Shown: positions 34,018 through 48,400 of the stretch, piece by piece
Layout of the letters: the number at the start of each line of letters is the position of its first letter
How positions within the stretch are numbered: the first letter of the stretch is position 1
From: Zootoca vivipara
Taxonomy: Eukaryota
Direction of reading: 5' to 3'
Length of the DNA stretch: 64,000 bases
Assembly (NCBI RefSeq): GCF_963506605.1
Contig: NC_083279.1
Span: 52,886,001-52,950,000, forward strand
Position numbers and translations under genes: made by a program
The notes under the pieces: generated by a model
Seen by the model: the letters and a program-made list of their open reading frames with translations, nothing else
Databases searched by the model: none
Told to the model about the DNA's origin: nothing

Positions 34018-35408
34018 CTAAGTAGTGCCTGGGTTACTGGAAAGGTAGTATAGAAACATCTAGCAATTGTTGATGAATTATCTTGAAATATGTGCTATAT
34101 TTCATTAGGTAAACTTTTCTGATGTTGTGAATCACTTGGAGCATGGCTTGCCAGGGCAAAGCAACAGCCAAATAAACTGGTGTTGCAGCCCGAGAAAGTG
34201 CGCCTGTAAATCTGTGGATGAAATCTGTAAAGCAAGACTGGTCTCTGCATTGTGCCGAAATGGGGAGTTACTATTCATCACCATTGCCCTCTGATTTTTT
34301 AAATGCTAATGCTTCTCTTAATACTTTAAAAATAATAATAACAATTCTTGTATAATGACTACCCCTTGAAAGAAGAATGATTACTGTCTGTCCCTTAATA
34401 CAAATGATACCTATACCTGTCAATTCTAGCCAGAATGTCTCTGTCTGCAGAGAATTGCAGGATGTTAAAATAATCTGTCTTCCTAATGTATATAAGCATG
34501 GGATGAATGCTTTGGTTTACATCTACATTTGCTGAATAGAGGGAAAGGTGACAACCTGAGCCATCTTCAGTACATGGAAAGTGCTTTTAGCACTTTGTTT
34601 TCATACCTGTCCCATCATCGTTCTTAAGAACCATTCCATTCTCTGTGTCTCTTCTGTTCTGTAGATATCATTGTGTTCTCTATATTTTTATCCTAGCATG
34701 AAAATTTCATTACAGCACAAAAAACACCCTGTTTTGAACAATTTGTTGATCCCTGGCACACAAACATCAGCTTCTAGTCATAGAGGAAGGAACTAAGAAT
34801 GGCTGCCTGTTTGGATGATTGCTGAGGACACATGACACCATCAGTTTCCACCATCAGTTTCCTACAACAAAGGGAGTTTCTATGTATTGATTTAGATTAA
34901 TTTGTTTGAACTTCATCAGTCACCTTGAACACATTAAAAGATATACATTAATTAAATCAATTAACAGGCAAACAGGCATAAATGTACAGGCTCTGTGGTA
35001 GTACATATAAAAATCATCAACATTTCTGGTTTTGCTCTTTGGTGACCTTAAACAGCATTTGTGTATGAATGAAAATAATCATGGGAAGTTGCCAACATGT
35101 CAGAACATACAAACTATATCAGTCAAACAAGATGGCAAATTTATGCAAAAAACATAGTCAGTTTATCAGTGTTTGGAACTAAGAGTGTGCTGTTATTATT
35201 GGTCAGTACTCATAATTGCATTATTCTTTTTTTAAAAATTCTTCTTTTGTGTTGTATGTTCATATCTTTATTCATATAACTTGAAATGATTAAAACATTT
35301 AGAAAAATAAAATAATCCTTGTCCATCAGTAAGCATGAACACACATGCTGGTTTTTCAGATCCCTTTTCTCTTGGCTTCTTTTCTACTGGAAATGTTCGT
35401 TTTAAATA

Positions 35409-35845
35409 CCGTGTTTCTCCTTTTTTAAGACGTAGGCATAATATAAGACATAGCAGGATTTCTAAGCAATTGTGCGATATAAGCCATAACCCGAAAATAA
35501 GACATAGTGATAGACCCTTCCCCCCTCCCGCCAGCAAACTCCCCCCCCTAAAAATCTCTCCCCATTTTGCTGTCGCTCCAAAGACACGTATTTCTTTTAA
35601 AAGCTTGTAAAAATGCACCGAAGAGCCATAGCTGCTGGTTGCTGCAGACTCGTGATTTCCCCTCCCGTTCGATTTTTTTTTTTTTAGCTAGGCTGTGTGA
35701 GTGAAGAGGAGAAAAGTGGCATTTGCGGTGGGGAGGAGATGAAACAGGAGGAAGAAAAGAGGGGCGATTGAAGACGCTGCCTTCCCCTTTAGGGAGAGAC
35801 TCTGTGTGCGCGTCTCTCTCTCTCTCTCTCTCTCTCCCCTGCGTG

Positions 35846-35899
<54 letters not shown>

Positions 35900-36721
35900 C
35901 CCACCTCTCGCTTCCCCCCACCTTCCCCCCTTTTAAAAACCTTTTAAAAAGTGAGGATTCTTTTTCTTTCTATTGCTTGTCTGTAGAGCTGCCCCTTTAA
36001 GGATTTTTACTGGTACCGGGATCGCTGCCGGTGGCTTCTCGCTGTTTAGGAGCTGCTAAAAGTTAACATTTTGTGGGTAAGAGAAGCAGTTAGGACCAGC
36101 AGATTATCTCACCCCGCTTTCCTGCTGGCTCAATTGCTACAATTGCTACCATTTACCATTTTAATTGCTGCTCAACTGCCTTGTTTTCTACAGTATCTCT
36201 TATCAGCCGGTAGCCTCTTTGCTATCAGTGCTACAAAGTGCTACATTGTTGGAACTTTCGCTCTTAAGTCTTGGGCTGGCTGGTAGAGATCCTTATTTGC
36301 TATACGTACTGCATCACACAGATAGATTCCATTATACTGTACTGGTTTAAATTTAAGAAGCTCCAGTGTAGCAGATTGCTATTAAGTGAGTCCCCACCTG
36401 GGAGGAGAGAGAGAGAGAGAGCAGCCCTTCGGAGGAGCTCCCTCCCTCCCTCCCTCACGAACATCCCAGGGCCGGGGAGAGAGGGCTGGGCCAGGGACGC
36501 ACACACTTCCCTTCCCTCAGACTCCCTCTCACGGAGTTTGGTGGTGGCTGTTGCCCGTCCTTTTCTTTCAGTCAAGAATCCTGCCCCGCAGGGAGCCAGG
36601 GAGCAAGAGGGGCACTGCTCCTGACGTAATAAAAACAAGACATTCCCTGAAAATAAGCCACCCAGTGTTTTTTTGAGGGAAAAAAGTTATAAGACGGTGT
36701 CTTAAAATGTGAGAAACACGG
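35409..36721. mobile_element. 1.3-kb non-autonomous Tc2-like (Tc1/mariner) DNA transposon
   Basis: 23-bp TIRs ccgtgtttctc...ttttaagac (20/23 identical), TA TSD (35407-35408 / 36722-36723), subterminal ATAAG(A/C)C repeats. Confidence 0.85.
35813..35896. repeat. Compound (CT)n(CA)n microsatellite
   Basis: Directly visible. Confidence 0.95.
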
Positions 36722-37089
36722 TAGGTCTCTGGAATGTAATTTAGAGGGCTAAGCAAGAATTCTTTTTAAAAAAACAAAACAAAAGCTTTTCATAGTTTCA
36801 AGCTTCATACATTTAATCAAAAACACCCTAATTCTTTTAGGGTTTGTATTGTGGTCTTTTGACTTCCTGAAGAAGCATAAGTGGAACCACTAAGCCACAT
36901 CATAAAATACTTTATTTGCTTTGAGGAACTAGTTAGTATAACTCATGGTAAAGTACTCTTGAAACAATAGGTCCCTCTATCATGATGAAAATAAATTTCT
37001 CCTCAGTTCCTTTGTGGAATAAATGAGCTGACTCAAGACACTCTGCTGCCTGAGGTGAATGACATGATGCTGCGCTCCCTCAAGGTACA

Positions 37090-37550
37090 TGTTGTTGTTG
37101 TTGTTGTTTAGTCATTTAGTCGTTTAGTTGTGTCCGACTCTTCGTGACCCCATGGACCATAGCACGCCAGGCACTCCTGTCTTCCACTGCCTCCCGCAGT
37201 TTGGTCAAACTCATGTTGGTAGCTTCGAGAACACTGTCCAACCATCTCGTCCTCTGTCGTCCCCTTCTCCTTGTGCCCTCAATCTTTCCCAACATCAGGG
37301 TATTTTCCAGGGAGTCTTCTCTTCTCATGAGGTGGCCAAAGTATTGGAGCCTCAGCTTCAGGACCCGTCCTTCCAGTGAGCGCTCAGGGCTGATTTCCTT
37401 AAGAATGGATAGGTTTGATCTTCTTGCAGTCCATGGGACTCTCAAGAGTCTCCTCCAGCACCATAATTCAAAAACATCAATTCTTCAGCGATCAGCCTTC
37501 TTTATGGTCCAGCTCTCACTTTCATACATCACTACTGGGAAAACCACAGC
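37090..37550 (-). mobile_element. 5'-truncated Bov-B LINE
   Basis: ORF 37116-37445 is the Bov-B RT C-terminus; (TTG)n on plus. Confidence 0.95.
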
Positions 37551-40500
37551 AGTGATGTACCACAGCAGTGATGTACCATAGCAGGTATAGGGCAGGCTAC
37601 AAGGCACTGACAGTTCTGTCTCCTCCCTTCTTCTCAGTATCTGCCACTTGAGGCAGCTGCCTCCCTCTGCCTCATCACAGGGCTGGCCCTGAGCTAGCTT
37701 CTTCCCTTCGCCCTATATCTCCATGCCAGCGAGCCGATGAGTCTGGAAGTTAGCTTTGCTCAACTATATCGCAACCTAGAATTCATAACAAATAAAATGT
37801 AAAACCTAAAAGTTTCAGAACCACCACAGGTATTCAGGACCCTCTTCCATTTTTAATTCTCAGTCCTGTGAGTTGTGTAGGTTAGATCAATATTAGCCCT
37901 GGAAGCACCTGCATTTTGTTTCTGTGTGACAGAAGTAGAAAAGTGGGTTAGAGAGTGAGCACCCAGTTATATTTAATATCACAAGAGAAACAAAAGTATA
38001 TGAGAATGACAAAAAATAAAATAAAATTCCATTATTAGGATTTGGACATTCAGTGGCATTCCTTATTTCCAAGTAAACAAGGCCTGCATAGAAGTTATTT
38101 AACAATGATAACTTTTTACTCCTGATGAAATGCATGTTGATTGTTGTAACCAGGCTAGGGAAAGGTAAAGAGCTTGGTAAACCCCTCAAGGTGCCTTTGC
38201 ACATTCAAATGGAATCTTTTGCTGATGCTGAATATCAAATATTTGCAGAAGACTCCTCATCAAAGTTTGCAGGGGATGAATTTAGGAAGCAAGCTATTCC
38301 ACTGACAAATGTTAACAAGCAAACATTATTAAGGCATGCTTCTGAACAGTCCTGAGAGTTTACAAAAGTGCTCTTGTCCATGTTTCTTACATTGTTTACT
38401 GTCTTTCTTTTTCTTTTCTTTTTTAAAAAAACAAATAACAGCAAACCTATCATCTTGTGATTGCTTGGACCACTGATCCAGGTCAATCAGAAGTTCAGTC
38501 TTATGAATGTGATGACATCACAACTTAATGTACCCAATCAGATTTTGCTACTCACTATGAATGGGCAAACATGCCCCTGCCCTGTTTTCAGCCCTTCTGA
38601 ATAATCACCAAGAAACGAGACAGTGATTTCTGTAGATAGTGATGGCTTTCATGAAAAGTGTTCTCTCACAGGCTCAGTTCAGAAGGAAAAATTGGAAGGA
38701 CTCAGCAGGCTTAATTTTCAGAGTGGATTCACATACCCAAATTTTCATGTGGCTATTGCATAGTAGTCTGATTCATTGCGATGCCCATAATGAATTGGCT
38801 TTTCCTGTCACAATTTTCCCTTCAAGTGGGAGCAAACAAGACCAATTTGTACATTCCATCGTATATTCAAATGGTGTCCTCAAAGCTTCAAATACTGAGG
38901 AAATCCATGGAACCTTTTCAATACTTGTAAAACATCTCTGCAAATACTGACACACCAAAATAATATTTATAGCCTTCCCCATTGGTTCCATTCATCTTCT
39001 TTCCAGCCTTTCTTTTAAAACAACAACAGCTTCTTAAATTGTTCTGGATGTACTGAACATGCTTGACGTCAGAAGTCCTTACATGTGACGCAGGCTAGTG
39101 GTGGCCAGAACAAATCTAAGGTTGTTGAGATTGTCTTCTGGCATGGTTGAGGGGTTGACAAGAGGCACAATGTGCAGTCCTCAATAGTCAAAAGGTCTAA
39201 TCTCACCTACGATCAGTTGGATAGGCTGATGTGTGGGGCTTTTTTGGGGGGGTGGGGCATGTATTTGTCTTTAAGTCCTTAACTTCCAGTTTGCATGTTT
39301 ACTAGTTGTAAAATTCTAGCAATGGAAAGCAGTGCCCTTTGTGATGCTTTCAAGGAGCATTTATACTTTAACAGAATGAGTCTTGATAAATAGTAAGGAA
39401 GATCTTGGCCTCACATCCATTATTCATTAATTTACAGTTCCAGTCAGAGCCATGCAACATTATTTTCTCATGATTTGTTTAGTCTAGCGGATGCACTTAA
39501 CAGTAACAAGTGCTCATATCTCTTGTACACTGATGTCTTTGAAATCTGAACTTTAAAAGTAACTTGCTGGTAGATTACCCTCGGGACATTTTAATGGCTA
39601 CCCTTGAAAGTATGCTGGAGGAATCTCTGCTTTACTTTAGTTCTGTGTGAGGTTTTGCTAGGTGGAATGTGTGGCGAGTGGGGACCCCTTAGTGAGCATG
39701 ACACAGAGAGATCGTAATTCCAGGGTTTTCTCTAGTGCAAACACCCAATAGTTGTTGAATACAAAATTTTATTCAGAAAATGACAGAATTGTGAAAAAAG
39801 CAAATCAGAGTTATCTGTAATCTCTGCTCAAATGGGCCCATTCATACTCACAGCCATGTGGCCCATGATTGGCCACAAACACAGGCAGCAAATTTGAATA
39901 CTGTACCAGCTGGAAGAGGCCAAAACATCTCCTGTCAGATGCAGGAGACCAGAGATGCACTGCAGGACGGGCAACAGTCTGGAGCTGGAGGTGGCACCAG
40001 ACTGAAAACACAGCATCATGTGAAGGGTGAACGGATGATCTTGTTGCCTCCTGGGAACTGTGGTTTGTTTATATTCACTTAAATTCTTTGCCCAGTCTCA
40101 GGAGAGTGGATGGGCAAAACAGAGAACCAACCACTTCACACCTCCTCATCAATCTACATAGAAGCACAGGATTCCAGGGGTAGCTGCTTAATGTGTCCAA
40201 GATTCTGAATGTCATGTTTCTTCCAGGGACCAGCTTAGAGCAAGGCATAGTATAATGGGAGCCAGTATATTGCACTCCAACTTAAAAAAAATCCAGTGAT
40301 CCTATATTTTTCAAGCACTTTATTTTGAAATTGTTCCTCACCGTGGCAAGTTCCAGCTATTTGCGAAGAAGTCATTTCATGGCTTAATTCAATGCACATT
40401 CATGCCTCTGCTGGAATAAAACACACAACTTCACTCATCTTCAGCTCATAAAGTATTTATACAATCTTGCAACATGGTTTGGAAAATTATTCCTGCCCAG

Positions 40501-43500
40501 CTTCTCTGCTTGGTGAAGTACATTCTGCATTGTCATAGCTTTCATAACTTTGCAATCTCTTCTGGTTCTTAAATGATTAAATGCCTTGTAAAATGTTGTC
40601 TAAGTATCTGTCTTAATGAGGCGTGGGACTCCAGTTTAAATGTATACCATAATCTTCATGGCGCAGTGTGGTACTATAACAAAATTAACTTTCAGCAAGC
40701 ATCTCTTTGTTCTCAATTTTTTGGCCTATTAGAGACCAGTTAAGTTATTTTAAGGTTAATTGAAGTGGCAAAGTTACTTCTTCTTTTTTTAAATGGAGCT
40801 TTCATCATGCTGCAAATCTCTGCTGGTGCCATATAAACAATTTTGCAATATTAAGTTCCTTTGATTAACTAAACCTTGTCAGGAAGACACTTCATCAACA
40901 TATTACATGCTCACAAACTCTGGTGTTTTTAACAGACCATTTATGAGCTAAACAAAAGTATCTCTTGCTGTGAAGACAGATACAGAATTTCAAGAGGAGT
41001 CATGGCGGGTTCTTTGCCCACATGTGAACACACTTTTCAGTTTGCATGAGACATACGTATTAATCCATTGAATGCAGGTTCAGATATCAGTCTCCTCCTT
41101 TCATGATTCCAGCAGCCTGTCTAATTTTTAAAAAAAGTATATATATAAATTTATACACCATATTTTCTCTGCCTTTTAAAAATATATATCAAGCCAGATA
41201 CTAAACTTAGGGATTTTTAAGGAGATGTATGTTATGTACGCTAGCCAATCAGTGACCTGTTCAGTCAGCTTTTTGCTGAGTCAAACAATATTGCGACTTA
41301 GCAGAACCTATTATCCAACTAGCCTGGAAGAGAAAATGCCTACTTGTACTAAACATGCTCAAGACTCTTCCGAACTAGCCTCACTGCTAAAAAAAATATG
41401 TATCTTCTTTCCCTTAGTTGTACATAGTTTTTATAACCACCCTCATATTTTATTGATTACTTTGCTGTAGTTTTCATGAGTCAGGATTTTTATTTTTTCC
41501 GTTTTCCTTTTTTTTAAAAAAGAAGCCTTAGAAATTTTTTGTCATTTAACAAGCTTCATCTTTTTCTTACACAAAGAAAAGTTCTTGTTTTCAAAAGCTG
41601 GTGGAAAATGCAATTTTATAGGCATGACAACTAAATGTAGAACATTGGAATGCTGAGATGTGGATCAGCTACTAAACTATTTTCCTCCCAACCATCTTCC
41701 TCCTTAAAATTATATCCCTATACTGTGTTTTCAACATGTGGAGGGTAAGATACAAGTGGATTTGGATCTCATTCTACAAGCATTATTAGACTTCTAACAA
41801 CCAAGTTTTTGTGAGCATGGAATGTTTCACTTTGCTGAGGTCATAGCACCAAGTTTTTTAAAATGCTATTGCATCATGTTTTCTTTTTGCTAAAATCTTA
41901 TACTTGTGAATGTATAGATTCTATAGATCCAACGTGGGGATGAGGGAAGGAGGAAACATGAGCACCACACATTAGCAGACTGCAAATTGATGGAGAGAGT
42001 TAACAACATGATAGCCAACTTGAAGAAAACTTCCCATTTAGATCTGTACAGTTTATGATCTGTGAAATTCATTAGACTTAGAATTTACTTGAAAATATGT
42101 TCTCCAGTGAATACATAAAAGCATGATGGTAGAATTATATACAATCTTTTCTTCACTCATTAGTCACCACAGCAGAGGGCAAGCAGAAGATATATGTAGG
42201 TGGAAAAGTGAACAGTTTGCCTTCTGGCTAGAAACCTGAGATAATTTGACACATCCAGCTTGACCTGAACTGCCCTGATTGCCATTCAACAATCACACCA
42301 CTGTTGTGTTCCGGCAACAATTGTGAATCCCAAAGCATATGGGAATCATTTAGAAATATAGGTGGGCGCAAGCAGGAAAAGGAGGTTTTGCATTTCAGCT
42401 TAGGTTAAATATTTTTAAGAAGGGTTTTGCCATTCTGGAAAAACCATTGTTGGTGCATGTGCAGTAACCAGACCCGCAGAAGTATTAGCAGCAACATGCC
42501 TCCGCTTGGGATAGGTGCACCGATGACAGGTTTTTGGCAAAACAAAAGACCCCACAGGAACCTGGATTGGCAGAGCCTGGTCTGTTTTACAACTGTACTT
42601 TAGTTCTCAGATGCTTTTAATGCGTCTCAGTAGAGCAAGCAATCATATGGTATTATACAGATTCAAAATATCAATCCAAACCATACAAATAGGATCAACT
42701 AAATGAATTATTTTATGGAGCCAGGCGTTATCCTGTTAGAAATGGATATATTGTTGCTGCGGTGTGCTTTTATGTACAGAATGCTTTGCTGCCAGTAGCA
42801 CTATCCACATGTTACTTGCGTGTAGGGCAGCTCTGATAACAGGGCTGCATATTCAGTCCTGAACTCAACATTGAGTCTTTTTTCTATAGCAACTTTGCAC
42901 TGTGTGCGGTTGTTTGTACAGGAAAACCAGGACATAAGCTCCTCCCCTTGTAAGAAGTTTCTGTGTGATCACAGCACCGAGTTGGGTAGATGTTCTGATG
43001 TGTGGAGCTTGCACACTGGCCATTCCATACAATGAATGTGCGCATGGTGTGGTTGCCAAAGAAAGAAGCCCAATGTCACAGGCAGCACCATTCTGGGCTG
43101 TACTTAGCTGTGCCCTAGATGTGAGTAATGCTTCTGTAGAGCTTTAACCTTGCTGGTCTTCACCAACAAAGAAACACTATTTTTGTTTAGTAGATGGAGA
43201 ACTGAATTTAAGGCCCCTCCTTCGCAATCGGGCCCAGTTGGACCTGTGTGTACTTCAGTGCATTCTGCCCTTGCGAGTCTCATGTACTGCTGTATCTCAT
43301 TTGCTTTTAATAATGGAGGAAATGCTTTGCTTAGGAGGAGGGAGAAGAACTGGGTTCAGGTGACCCATGTGCCTGCTCAGTCTGCTGTCCAAGTGGTGTT
43401 GATGGGTAACTTCAAGGCCCCTCCTCTTTTCTTATGGTTCTTTGTCTTCAACTGGACTTCACCACATAGCCCTTCCTATGATGCCTTAAAAGAGATGGCT

Positions 43501-44759
43501 GTCCTCTTGAAAGTTGGCTATGTAGCTATCCTGATTCCACTGTACAAATTCTTCACCCTGGAAGAAGGAGGAGGCATAGGCTAGCTGACCATGTCTACCT
43601 TCTCATGCCATAGGAGTGAAGGAAAGGCTTTGCATTACCTCTGCTTCTGCCAGAGCCCACTGGGCTTTGGCCTCTGACCTAGGTTCTGCCCCCAGGACCT
43701 GCACTTGTGGCACAACATTTGACATTAAAAGTTGGGAACCCTACTTGCATCCCAGTGGGCACTGAAGGATTGTGAAATATTAGTAAGGCAAGATGAACAG
43801 AAGTTATTCGTCCAATATACTAGTCTCTTGCTACATAAAAATTCTCTAAGCAATTTACAAAACTTTTAAAAAGCATAACATAATGATGTACAGTACCTCT
43901 CATTCAGTTATCTAGACAGGATAGCTGCTGCTGTGTTAAATCTTGGTTCCACTGGAGAGCCTGAGCAATTTAATCATATGGCAGGGGTGGGGTGGGGTGT
44001 GGATAATCCTACAGAGCATTTAAATTTGGGATGGAATCAGCCAATCCTCCTCCACAAAAGTCCAGCAGAATATTTAAGAAGTCTGCAAAATCAGAAAAGA
44101 TCTAATCCATGCAACCAATACACACTGACCTTGTTTACATAAACCATTAAGCCAAACCATGGCTTAGTGTAAACACACAAGCCTGTGGGTTCTTGGAGAG
44201 GAGATCGCAACTATTTTGCTCCTCTGCTACATGGCTTGGTTTAGCATGTCATCCAAATCTGGGCTCGTGGTTTGTTTTGTGGTTTCTTTCATGACATGTG
44301 AACTAAGCTGTTGTGTTTGCAATTAAAACCCAGTATGATTTTTAATGGAAGGGGGGGGATCGTGTTTTCTTGAGTAATTCTACAAAAAAATTGCAAGGGT
44401 TTTCTATCGTGCTGCCTTGAAGAAGTAACGCAAAACATTTTTATATATAAAAAAATCTTAATCGAAAATTGGCAATAGAAGCATTTCCTTTTGCCAAGTT
44501 CCAAGTACAAGTTGCTGTTCCAAAGCAGGTGGCATTGTAAAACTAAAGTTGGCCACAGAAAGCAAGTACAGGTTACAAGGAAGGAAAAAGTTCATATGCT
44601 CAAATTGAAATAACAACGGGGCAGAGCTAGATCTATGACTTTATGCTCCTTTTTAATGTGGTCAGCTTTTTTTTAAAAAAAAATCATGGCAACAGCTTTC
44701 ACCTCATCATGACTCATTTTTACTTTTTCTTTTCTTCCAATCTACCAGGAAAGTGAATT

Positions 44760-44945
44760 TTGTTTATTGCATTTTTACCCTTCCTTCCTTCCAATAAACT
44801 CAGGGCAGCAAAGAGGGGTTGCCCTTTAAACCTCACAACAACTCTTTGAGGCAGGTTATGCTGAATGGGGCTGACTGGCCCAAGACCATCCCGTAAGCTT
44901 TGCGGTTGAGTGGGGATTTGAACCTCGGTCACTTTGGGCTACTCC
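44760..44945 (-). mobile_element. Old MIR/CORE-like tRNA SINE
   Basis: cacaacaactctttgaggcaggtt...gactggcccaagaccatcc...gagtggggatttgaacc resembles squamate MIR-like SINEs; degenerate. Confidence 0.55.
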
Positions 44946-45006
44946 AAGAGTGGCTCTCCATTGTATGGAAAATTATCATCTGAGGTAGATAGGCATGGAT
45001 TGTGGC

Positions 45007-45428
45007 TGTTACTGATAAGTAGTCATGTCAACCCCAAAACATCTGCAGGTACAAGCAAAATTGAAAGCGGGATCACAGATAACCACCTTGATACCATCAA
45101 GCCGTCCCTGGGGGCCAGTGGCTAAACTGGACCCACAGAGCAAATTGCGATTGCTCTCACAAACTTGAAGAACAACACACACAAGCCAGTAAATAAGGCT
45201 TAACTGCTTTATTTACATATAAACAGACTGGGAGCTCTACATTATGGCCCCCTCTCTCTGGCATCACAGCCAGTAAAGAAAAGAACAAAGGAAACAACAG
45301 TCCCACTTAGGAACACAGTAAGACAAACATCCTGTCTACGTCACATCCACTCTGCGGGAACAAAACACATACAGTCATATGATATACAATAAACCTATGA
45401 CTGCAGATGGGGAATGAATCTCCCAACA
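45007..45428 (-). mobile_element. LTR-like element (422 bp) with a tandem partial second copy (45429 to about 45519)
   Basis: TGTT...AACA termini, AATAAA on minus near 45208; its first about 90 bp on plus recur immediately after it. Confidence 0.55.
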
Positions 45429-48400
45429 GTTGCTGATCAGCAGTTATGTCAACCCCAAAACATCTGCAGCTCCAAGCAAAATTGAAAGCGGGATCACAGA
45501 TAAACCACCTTGATACCACCACAAGGACAAATTATAATGACTAAACAATAGAGGGTCCCTAAGAGAGAGAGAGAGTGGCTGAAAGCATTTTGAGTTTTGC
45601 AGTGGCTCTCCCTGGGAATCTGATGTGAGGTTGAGGATTCATCAGCTATCAGGAAAGTGTGTTGCTTCCTCTGTTTATGCTTGACTGTATATCTGTGGTA
45701 GTACCAAAACACTAAGGGTATGTTCACATTACTGCAAACTGCTTTCCTTCACTGCTCTTCAAGCTTTGCACAGTGTTGCACAGTAGCTGATCACACACCT
45801 CTGGAACTCCTATTCATGAAGTGTGCGTGTGCTCTCATCTGTGCACATGCAATGGCTGTCTCAAATGTTTACATTGTTGCCAACTCCGTATCCTGTTTCT
45901 AGTCAAGCTGAAGTTGATTTAAGGAAAAAATGCAACAAACAGAAATATTTGTCTAGTAAGTACAGGAACGACATGGGTTGCGCCTAATGTCATGTGAGTG
46001 TGGCTACCAAACCTAGCAAAGGGAGTGCACTGCATGTAGAATAAGTGGCAATGTGAACATAACTTAAGTTTCCAGGGATTACTCTTCTAAAGGAAGCCAA
46101 CCCCAGGAAGCACTGCCACTCAAACTTCTGACTGTGTGGGAAAGTGGGGACCATCTGTCTAGTTTGGAATCCACTCTTCATCAAAAGGATTTGGGGCAGA
46201 TGATCACATGTAACAGCGTCAAGAGTTCATTCCGCCGATCCACATCTCCTTTTTTTTTTGAAGCACGTGTACCTAACAGCATCTAAAACAGAGGAGAAAA
46301 TGTACTGCTACGCGCAGTAGTCCAGGAACATAGAGGAATGCAACTGAGGTCACTGAAACAGTAACAAACATGGGAAGTTCAGCAAGCAGGAAAAGACATT
46401 AATGCCCCTGTGCCATTTCACATTGCTTAGGGTAGTTAAATCATGTCTAAACTCATTACCTCTCAGCTGGTGTACAGGGATAGCTAGTCAAAATCAATCT
46501 GCCTTTGTACTTGTGGGAAATATGTTCATTGTGAAAGCTTTACAAGTGTCACGGAAGATAATTACGTGTACTAGGATCTGAAAAACTGGCAGTATCCACT
46601 TTTGGCACGAGTTACTACCATTACACTTTTTATTGCTAGAGAGTCACCCATCATGTACTTGGGTGCCATTTCAGTACTCCTGGTGCAAATAAAAAACGAC
46701 ACTCTGGTTTGGGCTGCCAAATTCCTCTACCTAGTCAAGCCTTTTGTTAAATCCCACATATGTCTTCCAGAGTCAATTGGAGAGCAAGGAGGTGCAAAGG
46801 CAACATGATCTTCCTCATCCCCATAAGCACCTCAGTATTTTCCATTAGAATAATGGAATTTGTACATATGGAAGGGACCCCATGTATAAGGCCTGCAGAA
46901 CCTAGAACAGACTTCAAGAATTGGGTACACACCCCAGTACTTTAATTTTTTTAAATAAACCCCATTGTTTGTCACAAACAAGAGCTCTTCCTTACGTTCC
47001 GCATAAAGGCAGCACATTTTCCTGGCGCCATATATTCAATAAGGCTTATTTCTGAGTATACATGTGTAGGATTGCATTTTTCACCTTTACAGCTCGGAAA
47101 TACATCCCCCCCCCAATGCAATTCTTTCCCTGGATCTGATTATATAGCAACCTTAATGAGAACTGGGTTGCACACTGAGAGAGTTATTTCTGTTACTGCA
47201 GTGGCTGTAAGACATACCGGTAGTGACTGTAAATCCATGGTCAAGCAGGGGCTAGAGAAGGGGTGTGTGTTCAATTTTTATTGCCTCTGTGGTAGGTTGG
47301 ATGCTGGTGGTATTCACAGTTTCAGAGGGTTCTTTATCCCATAGGCCTTTTTATCAGTACTAAAATCAGATAAGTGAGCTGGCATATATTATGTATAGTA
47401 ACAGTTAGTTATAGTTATAGTTATAGTAATATACAAGTCTGGCAGTGTTCCACTCACCCCTCTAGAGCAACTAGCTAGAAGAATCAAAAGCTACACTTTG
47501 AAAACAGCATGGGAATTGGCAATCCCAACTTTTTAGATTGCTTTGTTTAATAACTTTTGTAAAATGTTTATTATTATTAATGAACAACAACGAAAACAAT
47601 GCCCTGAAGGATCAAATGTGATTATTCATACCTAAGTACCTTTGCTAGAGAATAAATTTCTGTCATGACAAAAGAATGTTTTCTTTCCGGTTAAGAAATG
47701 AAAAACTATACAGTAATTGTAAGCTCTACCATTAAAGTTAAGATTATTAAACTTTAAAAAGTAGATTAAATAATTTCCTTGCATTCAATTGCATTTATTG
47801 AATCGTGAGGGATTTGAGCCCTTAGCTGCATGCTCATGTTTACATTGGTTACCAAAGGAATAACTTGTTCTAAGGATACAGATGTCTAAGTAGTTAACGT
47901 TACAGCTTACATCTGCTACCAAGGAAACAGGAAAACCTGAGCTGCTTTCCTGCAAAGCTGCTTCATTAATCTACAGTTTTATATTAATGCCATGCTTAAT
48001 TTCTATCTCTTAGACCATTCCCTCAGGTTTATTTAGGTAGTCTTAGAAAGCGGCATTCAAAAGGTAGTGATAGGTGAATGGTCTTTTTTGTACATTAGAA
48101 TAAGCTGGTGAAATTCAAATGCAAAGGCACCACTAATGCATGCCAATCCAATGAAACATTTCTCAAAGTAGGGCTGTAAATTTGATCCAGGAATATTCTC
48201 TCTTCAGAATGCAATTACAGTATTCCAAAACAAGTCAGGATATCTTGGAGGTATGCATGACATGTGAGCTCATTTCTACTTTGTCTAATTACTGATAACA
48301 AGAAACTAAACTGAAGTTATTTGCTGTTTCAAATTTCAGCACTCAACCACTGTTTCTAAAGAGATTTGCCACAATGCAACACTCTAATCTAGAAATAAGG

